Shown here one piece after another: positions 12,321 through 24,021 of a DNA stretch of 64,000 bases. Where the stretch lies: NCBI GenBank assembly GCA_951406725.2, contig OX597820.1, forward strand, positions 41,230,001-41,294,000, in the 5' to 3' direction. The stretch comes from Octopus vulgaris (Eukaryota). Within the stretch, counting starts at the first letter, position 1, and each line of letters starts with the position of its first letter. The notes beneath the pieces were generated by a model. That model did no database searches, was not told where the DNA came from, and saw only the letters and a list, made by a program, of their open reading frames with translations. Both the position numbers and the translations under genes were made by a program.

Positions 12321-15300
12321 ACACCATTTATGTCTATATAAACAGATATACACATATGAATATTATAAATGTATATATATATATAGTATATTTATATTCA
12401 TATATATGTATATATACGTGTGTGTAAGTATTCATATACACTCATGTATACATATACATATGTCTGCATGCATATGTATGTGTAAATACACGTGCGCACG
12501 CACAGAAACATATACACACGCACACACAGAGAAGCATTCACGTACACACACAGGCACACATATAAATATGCATACATGACAATCTTTGTGTCTGTTTCAA
12601 TCAGTCCGCCAGTCAGTCAGTCTTTCGGTGTGTGGGGGCTCTTAGATTCTTCTAATTTGAAATGGTACCCCTACAAAGTCAATTTCAATATAATTTCGAT
12701 CGGTTCTATTGGTGCCGTTACACCGCCAACAGTCACCTCTTCCTCTAGCTGAAAACTAATTTCCGGTTGTAATTGAAAAGACTGATAACTTATTTGGCTT
12801 TTCTGAGCAGGTTGTTGATCGCAATTCTGATGAAAATGTTGGAGATGGTGAGGTGGTATCGATGGTAAGGGTGTGTGAAGCAGTTTTTGTGATGGTGACA
12901 GTGCTGGAATAGTGAAGTTAGTGGCAGTGCTGGAGTGGTCGCAATGGTTAATGTGAATCGTGATGATGATATTAGCAGTGTAAGCAGTGTTTTTGGCGGT
13001 AATAACTGTGGTGATATTAATGGAGCAGGTATAGATATAATTCGGGTAACCTTAATGGTGTGGTGGGGATAATGATGGTGATGCTACAGCTAGTACAATT
13101 GGTTTATAGTAACAGTAGTGGAATTGGAAATACTGATGTTTGTGTGTTATACTGGTTGATTGTACAGTTGGTAATCGTGTTGAGCATTGATATCATTGGT
13201 TGTAGTTCTGGTAATATTGTCGACGTGGTAATCAAAATGGAAGCAATCGTAGTAGTATTTTTGATGGTTGATGGTAGTCTTCGTATCATTGATAATGAAG
13301 TTAGCGTGGGCAATGGTTAGTGATGACACGAACAGTGATTTTTGTGGTAATGACAGTGGCGAATGGAAAGAGTAATAGTGGTATCCATATCATTTGTTGT
13401 GGTGCTGGCAGTAATGGTGTGCAGCAATATGTAATTTTCATACTTATGGTACTTAGTCGTAAGCTTGAAGCGAAATAGTTCTAAAATGGGAATTTAAATC
13501 CAGGTCGTTGACTCGAAGAAAGCCTACACCTATTTATCGTTGTTGCTAAAAATAATGACTAAATCGTGACGTCAGAGATTTTTAAAAGGCAAGAAAGAGA
13601 CGGGAAGTTGTGATAGAAATACGTTTTCGTATGCCAACACAGATACTACTTATAGGATGTGACTCCAGTGAAGAATCGAAATCGGTATGTTTACTTACTT
13701 ACAGAGAACAAAATATGGAAGTGTTAACAGTCGATTTAATCAGTTCCTGTCACTGAATGTTACTTTAAATTGGAACGCCACCGATTTTACTTGCTTGTGC
13801 AGTGAAGGCACAATAAAAATAAGACTTCTGGAAAATAATTGATTTCTTACATCGATATGACATCTGAGATTTAAAGTTGTAGAGATATGATTGAACTGCA
13901 ATGTTCACGTTTTTTCCCAATAACAACACTGGCGCGAGTGAAGTCGTTTCAATTAAGAGTCGAAACGACGTTACCAATAATCACTTTCTATAATACAGAC
14001 GAATCCCAATTGCTAGGAATAGGTCATACACGTTTTTTATACAGATTTTTTGCATTTTTTTGTTAATATAATTATAATTTGTGTTCTAATTAAAGTACTA
14101 GAACAGTTTCATCAGCCGATGATGCTTGTTTTACGATATTTGTTAATGTTGTTCATTTTGTGTGTACGGGAAATTTGAAATTTGATCGAAAATCCTGTTA
14201 CGTCTTTGGTAAATATTTCTGCCCCACTAATCTGGCGCGTATCACTTAAAAAAATGCACGAGAGAAAATAGTGAAGTTAAAATACAGACATATAACAAAC
14301 ACAAGACTGGTGGTCCTCTCTCGTAGAAAACAAGGAAGTATGATGACAGCATCATATTACACCAATGTCATATCAACATTTAACAAAAATACAAGAAATA
14401 ATTAAATTCATCCTGACAATGATCGAAGATTTAACAGCAATATTAAGAACGTCAGCAACCGGAAAAAAATTACAATTATTAAACAGATGACTATGGGGAC
14501 GATAAACACAACAACAACAATAAAGCAATATAAACAATAAAGTAGGGACCACGTTATATTACAAATAGGATTGAAATTAAAGTACATATAAGATTAAGTA
14601 TATTGTGAATAACCGATCTTCAGATAAATTTACTTAAATAATCATGAATATTCCAATAAAATTTTTCCATTTAATTCTATTGTTATTTTAATTTAAATAG
14701 ATCATTGGAGGAACACCGATGTATTTAGTCTTCTATGGTAAGCCTGTAAACTGTAATATAATTAGTATTCAGTTAAGAAGCATCTTGGTCAAAATACGTT
14801 TTTGTCGTAGCGATAATAACTATTTAAAGCTATGCGACTTGTTAAAAATTCGCTGGTGATGCTAAAACGAATTTACGAATTGTGAATATTATTCAAAAAG
14901 GAATGAGTTAATGAAGCAACCAAATCAATATAACAGAAGCCTATATTTTTTGTTAGCAATAGAAAAGTAAACGATAGGGTACTCTCTGGTGTAGACTGAA
15001 CTAAGTAAGCACCATTCATGCTACGATAATCTTCTTAATCATTTACAAGATCAGCAATATCAATCTTGCAATGTTCGTATGTGCACATGCTGTTGTGCAA
15101 AAGGACATATATTTTAAATAAAGGACAACTCAAAGAGCTAACGCAAGAATATGGAAATATTGAGCTGATAACAAATAGAAAACACCTCAGATTTATAAGG
15201 AAAGATAGCATGGGTGTTTGTAACGTACTTGTCTCTCCCAAGAGAGTCAGGGACTTTCATGAGGGGAAATTCTTTCAACAAGAAGTTGAGCTCATCACTT

Positions 15301-15334
15301 CACTGCAGTGACTGTCGTTGTCACGATCGATCAT

Positions 15335-15913
15335 AGGGATGATCGTTATAGAGGCGGTGGTGGCTGTGGTGATGGTAGAAGTGGTGATGGTTGTGGTGTT
15401 GGTGTTATTGTAGATGTGGTTATGAGATGTTGGCAGTGTTTATAAACTGTGTGTAGGTAACGATAGTGTTGATGCAGTGTGTGTGAATGCTTATGATTAT
15501 ATAAAAAGAAATACGATTATAGACTGTAGGGAGAAGTTGTGGTAATGAGACTAGTGGTTTGGATGCGGTGGGGGTAGCGATTATCGTGACTGTGTGGTCG
15601 TGTTGAGTGTGTGATGGTGGTAGTACTGTTGCATGTGTGATGCTTGTGACTATAAAAGTAATCATGCATGTGATGCAGTGTGGTATGTGTTGTGCTGGTC
15701 GTCGTGCAACTTATAGGAGTGATGGGATAGATGGATGGATAGATGGCTGGCTGGCTGGCTGGTTGGATGGATGGTAGGGGTAGTGGTGGTGGGGAGTGGG
15801 TCATCGTCATCGTTGCTTTGGCAGTGTGGCTGTTGTGGTCGTGTTAGTGATGGTAATGGTGGTGGTTTTGCAGTTCTAAGGGTGAAGAGGTTGTGGCGAC
15901 GGTGGTATTATTG

Positions 15914-15945
<32 letters not shown>

Positions 15946-15995
15946 GGCGGCGGTGGCGGTGGTGGTGGTGGTTTAGAGGTGGCGGTGGTGTAGAG
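15335..15995. repeat. Degenerate GGT/GAT/TGT trinucleotide low-complexity region
   Basis: Decayed (GGT)n/(TTG)n runs. A similar region lies at 12840-13420. Confidence 0.75.
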
Positions 15996-16611
15996 GTAGA
16001 ATGCTCTGAATGTTTGTGGCTTGACGTTTACAGAATAAATCAACAGCGTTGAGTAGGGAGTTGGAGAGAAGGTCATGGATTATGTCAGAAATGAAATGAG
16101 TTAACTTTGCACAGTAGAGCGGAGACAAGGCGAAAAAGGTAAATACGAAGGAGTTGAAGGATAAAACTAGGTGGAAGAAATTGAGGAAGAAATGAATGGG
16201 AGTGAAACAAAGAAGGAATGAGAGCGAGAAAGAGAGTGGATAGTGTGGTAGTGACTGATTCAGATGGAAAAATTATGTGGTGTGTGTGAGTGTGTGTGTG
16301 TGGGGGGGCAGGGAATAAGAGTTGTATAAACAATTTAAACGGAGAAATTGGAGAATTAGAAAGAATGGATTAGAGTTATAAAGCACGAAGGAGAGTCACG
16401 GAGAACACTGCTTGTAAGAGAAAGACATAAGAGGGAGAGTAAAGCAGAGGAGAGTAAGGGAGAGAGAGATACAAGAGGGGGGGGGGCAAAAGATAATGGT
16501 TAGGAGAAATAGAAATAGCAGGAACAAAGATGCCACAGAAAGATAATGAGTGATTGGAGTAGAAAGAGAAATAAACTAATACGTAAAGATGTAGATATGA
16601 AAGAATAACTG

Positions 16612-16663
<52 letters not shown>

Positions 16664-17166
16664 CAGGCAGACAGAGAGAAAAGCAAACAGACAGACCTGG
16701 AGAAGGAGTAGGAGAGAGAGAGAGACAGTCAGTCGGAAACAGAGAGTTTGGAATATCAACAAATATGAGTAACACAAGTGCACAGAATGGAAAAGGAAAG
16801 TGAGATAGAAGGAAAGAAAAAGAAATTCATTGAATAATTAATAAACATAGGTATGTATATAGAAAGAGAGATACTTAGAGTAGCGACGTATAACGGGAGG
16901 TTAAACTTATTCAGATGAACGGTTTAATAATACCAACTAGCCCCTTGGGTGCCCTTAGTAGAGATCACTCTATTCAAAGCATTTGAGATTAGTGTCTAGA
17001 TTGTGGATCAATTATCTACCCTCTCCAAAACAGTTTTCGAAGCCTCGAAAGAGCTCATGAACATCGCTCTTTTTCTTCAGACTAAGTAATAAATACAATA
17101 TATGTCTGAATGTGTATGTGTGTGGCTATAAGTGTTTGTGTGGAGGTGTATACAAATACACAAATA

Positions 17167-18483
17167 TCAGGCTGAGTAAAAAGAAAGCAACGTTTTGAAA
17201 CATGAAATTCATTACAATATATTCAACAATGCGGAAATTTTATTTATCAAAGTAAGTAACATTACAATCAACACATTTTTGCAGACAAAGTTTGTTTATT
17301 CCGGTAACATAAAAATCTGGGGTTCTGGAGCTGATGAACTCTTTGAACGCACTTTCAGCATCGGTTTGATGTTTTTAACTCCTCTTGCAGGAAACCATCA
17401 AAGAACTTGAAAAAGTAGTAATCGGTAGGAGAAATGTTTGGGCAATAAGCTGGGCGGGGAAGAACGTTGTAGCCAAGTTCCCTCAGCTTCTGAAGCGTAA
17501 TTAGTGAAATGGCTGGTTGAGAATTGTCATGAAGAATGTTTGACCCTCTTCTGTTGACTAGTCTGGGACGGAGGAGTAGCATTGTTTCGTTTATTTTGGC
17601 AATTTCAAGGCAATACATTCCTGCAGTAATGGTTTTTTTCCGGGTTTTAAGAAGTTATAATGGATGAGTCCAGCAGTATACCACCGAACAGTCACAAAAC
17701 CTTCTTTTTGAAGAGCTCGAGTTTACGGAAGGTTTTTGGTACTTCATTTTGGTCCAACCACTGCGAAGAACGTTTTTTATCATTGTACAGAATTCACTCT
17801 TCATCACAAAACAATACAGACGAGAAATGGATCGGTCTGGTTAAGGAGAAGAAGCGACGAGCAAATTTCATACCTGCGCATTTTCATACCTGCGCATTTT
17901 CTGATTTTCATTCATATCTGCGAATTTTCTGATTTTCATTCAAATCGTGTGGTACCAATTTGTCGAGCAGCTTTGATTTTCCAATCACATGCAAATGGTT
18001 GCAGGCAATTTTCTGGCTAACTTGAAATTCTTTTGCCAGTTCTCGAGTGGTTTTACGTGGATCTTTCTCATGACGGTCTTTAATTGACCGTCATCGATGA
18101 CAGATAGGCGTTTACTACGCTTATGATCTTCAAGGCCCAAGTCTCTACTGCCAAATCGTTTAAACCATTTTCGAGCTGACCACTCACTGGTCATTAACTC
18201 ACCAAAGGTTTCGCTGATCTCGCGACCAGTTTCAGCTGCTTTACGTGCATTTTTTGAAGTTGACTAGCAAAATTGCTCGAATATTGCGCTTTGACAGTTC
18301 CATTTCAGTAGATTGTAACAACAATCAAGAAAATATCGATGTTAATTTATTGATGCATTTTGGTATGTCTATGTCTGTATTATCAGACAATTGCAAAAAA
18401 AAAGTGTTTAAAAAAATCAAAACTGCAAAATTCGGTACAAATTCTTCATGGTTCAAACCTTGTTTACTTTTTACGCAATCTGA
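17167..18483 (-). mobile_element. Full-length, decayed mariner transposon (D34D, Hsmar1/cecropia-like), 1317 bp
   Basis: TIRs TCAGGCTGAGTAAAAAGAAAGCAACGTTTTGAAACATGAA and (reverse complement) TCAGATTGCGTAAAAAGTAAACAAGGTTTGAACCATGAA. TA flanks both ends (17165-66, 18484-85). A transposase remnant lies inside. Confidence 0.93.
17240..18303 (-). pseudogene. Mariner transposase pseudogene (frameshifts and stops)
   Basis: Fragments MELSKRNIRAILLVNFK / KAAETGREISETFGE / WFKRFGSRDLGLEDHKRS / FCDEE*ILYND / LHDNSQPA..YCPNISPTDYYFF (exactly 34 residues between the second and third D) / AFKEFISSRTPDFYVTGINKL / QKCVDCNVTYFDK*. Confidence 0.92.
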
Positions 18484-18545
18484 TATAAACACGTCTGCAT
18501 ATAGAAATGTACAAATACATGTATACACAGATATATACATAAATG

Positions 18546-18582
<37 letters not shown>

Positions 18583-19414
18583 AAATATGTATGTATATGT
18601 GCAACATATACTCGTATAAATAGAAGCATGTATATGCACACGCACATTATTTATGTATATATATATATATATACGTATGTACGTGTATGTGAGAGTGAAT
18701 ACTTATACACATATATGTATATTTAATATATATATATACATACATATACATATATATATACGTATATATATATATATATAATACATATATACACATATAT
18801 AATATACACACACGCGCGCACACACATATATATATGTATGTATGTGTATATGTATGTATACATATACGGCTAGATAAATTAATTGATAGACGTAGATATA
18901 GATGTAGATATATGCATGCATAAACACGTTCATACAGAAATTAAGGTGTAGAAGGAAAGAAAATGATAAACGGATAGAGAGAAATGCATATATATATATA
19001 TTTGTGCTTGTGCAAAATGCATGTGTGTCCAGGAGGAAAGAGAGAGAGAGGGATCGGGAGGGAAAGATAGAGGGAGAGAGGGAGATGAAAAGAAGTGCAG
19101 GATGATGGAAAGGAATGCAAAAGAGAAATTTAAGAATGTGTATGGAAGGGCAATATATACGAGAGAGAGAGGGAGAGAGAGCAGTGGGAGGAGCATTGTT
19201 CTAATGAAAACCTGGAAATTATGATGATATAACAGAAGAAAGAGAGGAAAATGATCGCAAAAATTATGTTGTTGAAGTAAAAATTTACATTAAAACTTAA
19301 ATACGTACACAAACATCGATAAACGAGTTGGAGTCATCGAAAGTGCAAGTAAAGATGAGTGCACACATACGTTCTTGAATATACATAACACACACACAGA
19401 TACACACATATATA

Positions 19415-19679
19415 CTTTCTTGCTCTTAATTTTTGCTGGTTTCAGCTGAAGGCTGAGGCCATGCTGAGGTACCGCCTTTAATGTGATAGCTTTTTATTTC
19501 ACATTCACTTTCCGGCTTTCTCTCCGGAACTGCTTCTGGTGAAGTAATGAGTTGGACAGAGTTGCTCTTCGTGTTTCCCGGTGTGATATGGGTTCAACCG
19601 GTAACTCAGATAAAAATTTGCCCAAGCGTTTTTTGTTATTAATATCCACACCTATTTCTCGCAGATCTTTGAGCTTATT
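19415..19679 (-). mobile_element. 3' end of a CR1/L2-group LINE (ORF2 C-terminus plus 3' tail)
   Basis: Peptide [39 protein letters not shown] resembles the recalled invertebrate LINE C-terminal motif FKRKLDKFLxxVPDEP..AASNSL. It is followed by tail AAGGCGGTACCTCAGCATGGCCTCAGCCTTCAGCTGAAAC. Confidence 0.7.
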
Positions 19680-19714
19680 GTGTGTGTGTGTGTACGTGTG
19701 TGCGCGCGCGCGCG

Positions 19715-19748
<34 letters not shown>

Positions 19749-20171
19749 CGTGTGGTTACGTGCGTGTGTGTTTATGTGTGGAAGTTCACAACATATCCAA
19801 ATCGCACAAAAGAGAAAACTAGCAAAACTGTACGGACATTCTCCTCCAAATCTTGAGGGAAAATTAATAGCCCTTAAGTGTGAATTCAAGACTCAGAGTG
19901 AAAAAAAAATCCACCAATGAGAAAAGTATTACAGGGACCCAGGACAAAGCATAAATTTGCTTTTAAGCTGCAAACTGGATAAGAGAAACGAGGGAGAAAA
20001 TATCGTCTTAAAATCATTATGTTAGAAGATCTGAAATAAAATAAAATACTTTAATTGTAGTGCAACATAAAATAGATACACCAAAACGAGAATATGCACC
20101 AATAATTGTCGTAAAATTTGTGGTTTATGCACTCAAGCTTTTCACTAAATAACTGCGGGAAAGCTACTCAA

Positions 20172-21010
20172 TGAAAAGGTACCCGGAGGATACCTCATAG
20201 TCGGCTATTGGCACAACACGTTGATTCATATATATAAAATTAATTATTCACATATTTAAAAAAAAATTCTATAGAAGGCCTGGTAGAGATACCAAACTGA
20301 GTTTCCATAATACGAGCAAACCTCGTAACCATGAATTTAGTCACTGCTCTGGCAGAGAAGTAGAGGCCGATAGACTGTCTTAACATTATCCACGAATTGT
20401 ACACCAGCTGCCTGAACCATTTCCTCGAAGACTATTATGAGTTGAATGTAACATAGTCACTGGGAAGCAAGCAGCTGGTATAAAGAAGAGTGTGGTGATT
20501 TGTTGAACAAACTTTTGTAAATAAAACTGAAGTAAGAAAACACTGTAGGAACCTTGTTACAGTGTGGCTCGATTACTGAAAGGCGTTTTACTCCGTACTA
20601 CATTTCTGGCTACAAAAGTCACTGCAAATGGCGAAAGTACCCGCTACCTCAGTTAATATCATTAAACGGGTCATGTACACTGGGACCATAATCCCGACTA
20701 TTGTAAGTGAAAGTGAGACGATTGTCTCTTATTGTATTGATATTTCAACGGGAAAATTTCCATGCTGATACTCTAACTGTACTTCTACGACTTTTGGCCC
20801 TATATCTACTGCTATGTCCTCTACGGAAGCTCACCTGTTATGTGTCAGTATCTACAACATTAAGATACACTAATGAAATCCATAATTTATTCGTAGGCAT
20901 TCTAAATATGTATGCCAGAAATATCCACAACACCTAAAAAGATCTGGAGCTAATGACAATTTCCCTGATGTAAGAATAGAGTTTGGTTGAAAGTAACGTT
21001 TATATTTAAC
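20172..21010 (+). pseudogene. Decayed reverse transcriptase of an R4/Dong-like (RLE-type) non-LTR retrotransposon
   Basis: Motifs occur in RT order across frameshifts: KVPGGYLIVGYW, K*RPIDCLNIIHELYTSCLN, KQAAG, RNLVTVWLDY*KAFYSVLHFWL, FHADTLTVLL (GIFQGDSLSPLL-like), IHNLFVGILNMYARN (HLLYMDDLKLYA-like). Confidence 0.82.
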
Positions 21011-21134
21011 AATTGGACAGGAAAGCATCAGTGATGCTGTAGTTGCACTCAGCGTGTCTGCGGCCTGAACTGGAGAGGTTTGATGAGGCCCATACCTCTC
21101 CGGGTCAGGCCATAGTTGGTATCTTCTCGCGAGA

Positions 21135-21374
21135 GAAGAAGAAGAAGAAGAAGAAGAAGAAGAAGAAGAAGAAGAAGAAGAAGAAGAAGAAGAAGAAGAA
21201 GAAGAAGAAGAAGAAGAAGAAGAAGAAGAAGAAGAAGAAGAAGAAGAAGAAGAAGAAGAAGAAGAAGAAGAAGAAGAAGAAGAAGAAGAAGAAGAAGAAG
21301 AAGAAGAAGAAGAAGAAGAAGAAGAAGAAGAAGAAGAAGAAGAAGAAGAAGAAGAAGAAGAAGAAGAAGAAGAA
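21135..21374. repeat. Pure (GAA)n tract, about 80 units
   Basis: Uninterrupted run. It follows an 18 bp-stem hairpin at 21062-21111. Confidence 0.97.
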
Positions 21375-21468
21375 GAGGGAAAACAGTATTCGAATGGTAC
21401 TTTATCAACGCTGAAAGGATGAATGGCGAAGTTGGCCACAAGATTTGAATGTGAAATGCAAGAGAGCA

Positions 21469-21519
<51 letters not shown>

Positions 21520-23040
21520 TGCACGCACACACTCTATCTCTCTCTCACAGACACACACACATACACACACACACTTTTATCAGAATGTATACTTCACTAT
21601 ATAATCAATTATTTTGTGCTATATCATTGTATTATTATTATTATAGATTGGTTGAAGAAGTAGTCGACACATTTTATTCACAATGTCTTTTTCATATTCT
21701 TGCACGAAAAACCAAAAAAAACCCCAAAAAAAAACAACTTAAGAGCCATAACTGCAATTAGTGATGCTTGAAGGGAATAAAGAGAGCACATTTTTTCCCG
21801 CCAGGAATATGGTGCAAGCGACTCCAAAGATCTAATCTTCAGTAATATATAAGCATTATCTACAGTATGATGTGTATTTTATTTCCTCTTTCTTTCTGAC
21901 AATACATGCCATTATTTTAAATTGGTTTTATCCAAATGTGTCATTAGGTGACAAATATGGTTCTATTTAAAAAAGAATAAAATTATAAAAGCCTTATTAT
22001 TTATCACATGCCTAATCTTTATTCTAATAAGCATGAAAATCCTTTACATTTGGCACCGAAACGATAAAAGGGAGAAAAATTATTCAAAGATTCAAAATTT
22101 ATTTGCATATCTAGAAAATCGAACAGACCAAAGACAAATTCATATGCAGAGGCAAACTAATTTTTACTAAGCCCGCATCTTTTAACAACTATGATCTCAA
22201 CGCATGAACCCAACCCATCTATTCATTCCCAGATGTTTGCCAAACTAAATAGAACGCAACAAAAGACCTATTGACTTTTTAGCTTCAATTCCCACGCGGA
22301 ACACAAGCCTGACAAAGAGTTTCCCCAGACACTAGCTAACATACACAGTACACTACATGGTCAATTCCCACTCTGGACATTATCCAAATTGCATACAATA
22401 CATCTTTGAACAATTCAATACTAATTTCAGTCTGCCCTCTAATAGTAATGTCTTCTAGCTTCTCTTTCTTGCTTCTCTTCTTTCTCATTTTCGTTATTAC
22501 TCCCTCTCACTTTTCGCCTCGACGCATATGTTCATCAATGTGCATATGTACAAAAATGTATTTTTGTATATGTGCGCATGTGCTAAAGTTTGTTGCCCCA
22601 TCTATTTTTATTTTTTATTTTTTATTTAATTGGCTAATAGTAGTGGTTGAATTAGTCGTATTGTTTTTCTTTTTAAAAAGTATTTCTTAAGTTGCTCCAG
22701 TAGATTGCATTGCTTAACTCTGCTAGGTTGTTGCATTGCTTAGTTACTAAGTTTCGATGTCCATGTTGGAACATATATCAAAAGCCTGATTGGATAGCAG
22801 AAAGATTGCAAAGGAAAATAACGTTTGAATCAGCACAGAAAACCTCATCCTTGACATATGTTTAATATAAATCTTAGCCTTGTAATTGTCCAATTACCCA
22901 CAGCATGATTCATCTGCGTACAACATGCGTTCTAGAATTATATATGTCAATAATACTTCCTGAAATTAAGGAATTATGAATTACTAATACACCCACCCAG
23001 CCATACATAATACACATACATACGTATATATATGTAGGTG

Positions 23041-23044
<4 letters not shown>

Positions 23045-23104
<60 letters not shown>

Positions 23105-23153
23105 TATATTATATTATATTATATACATGCATACCTACGCCTGTATGTATGCA

Positions 23154-23191
<38 letters not shown>

Positions 23192-23244
23192 TATATTATA
23201 TTATATTATATACATGCATACCTATGCCTGTATGTATGCATGAA

Positions 23245-23287
<43 letters not shown>
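23045..23287. repeat. Tandem duplication of an (AT)n-(TATAT)n-ACATGCATACCTAYGCCTGTATGTATGCATGAATAT unit
   Basis: Two near-identical ~60 bp unique cores at about 23099-23160 and 23186-23247. Confidence 0.85.
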
Positions 23288-23291
<4 letters not shown>

Positions 23292-23671
23292 GTTTGTCTG
23301 TGTGTATATGCATTTGTGTCTGTCTGTCTTTGTACAAGCTTGCATGAATCTCCCGACTGCATCATCGAACTATGAACAATTTATTTTGACTTATATGTTT
23401 GAGAATATTAAGAGCTAATGACATGCATCTCTTTCCCCTTCTCTGTCTTCCCCCTCTCTCATTGTATCAATATCGATATATATCTATCTGTATATATATA
23501 TATAATGGAGCAAAGCTGTACGATGAATGGGAACGTGAAACTCGGAGTAGCAGTTTTTGTGATATTTTTGCTACTTTTTAATAAAGCTTATTACTCTACC
23601 TCTGGTATTCGAATACTATATTTTCCGCCTTGTTTCGCATTTATGTGCTTATTCTGGTATATATATATATT

Positions 23672-23973
23672 ATCATCATCATCATCATCGTCATCTTCAT
23701 CTTCATCGTTTAACGTCCGCTTTCCATGCTAGCATGTGTTGGACGATTTAACTGAGGACTGGCGAACCAGATAGCTGCACCAGGCTCTAATCTTGATCTG
23801 GCAGAGTTTCTACAACTGGATGCCCTTCCTAACGCCAACCACTCCGAGGGTGTAGTGGGTGGTTTTACGTGCTACCGGTACGAGTGCCAGTCAGGCAGTA
23901 CTTGCAACGAGTACGCTCAAATGGTGTTTTTACGTGTCACCTGCACAGGAGCCAGTCCAGCGGGACTGCCAAC

Positions 23974-23976
<3 letters not shown>
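23672..23976 (-). mobile_element. 5'-truncated V-domain SINE with (GAT)n tail
   Basis: Minus-strand GGTTGGCGTTAGGAAGGGCATCCAG (plus 23816-23840) matches the recalled V-SINE core. The element ends GCATGGAAAGCGGACGTTAAACGATGA(GAT)n and has an internal ~65 bp duplication (TTTTACGTG at 23863 and 23928). Confidence 0.75.

Positions 23977-24021
<45 letters not shown>

Noticed and set aside
15228-15302. Possible minus-strand exon (CTGCAG acceptor, AA|GTACGT donor)
   Set aside because: Stops occur in all three frames and there is no polypyrimidine tract.
21079-21093. Hammerhead-like TTGATGAG in the hairpin loop (and CTGATGG in palindrome copy 2)
   Set aside because: There is no exact CUGANGA core and no correctly placed GAAA or three-stem junction.
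20870-21532. Poly-S/K/R/L ORFs
   Set aside because: They are produced by the (GAA)n tract.
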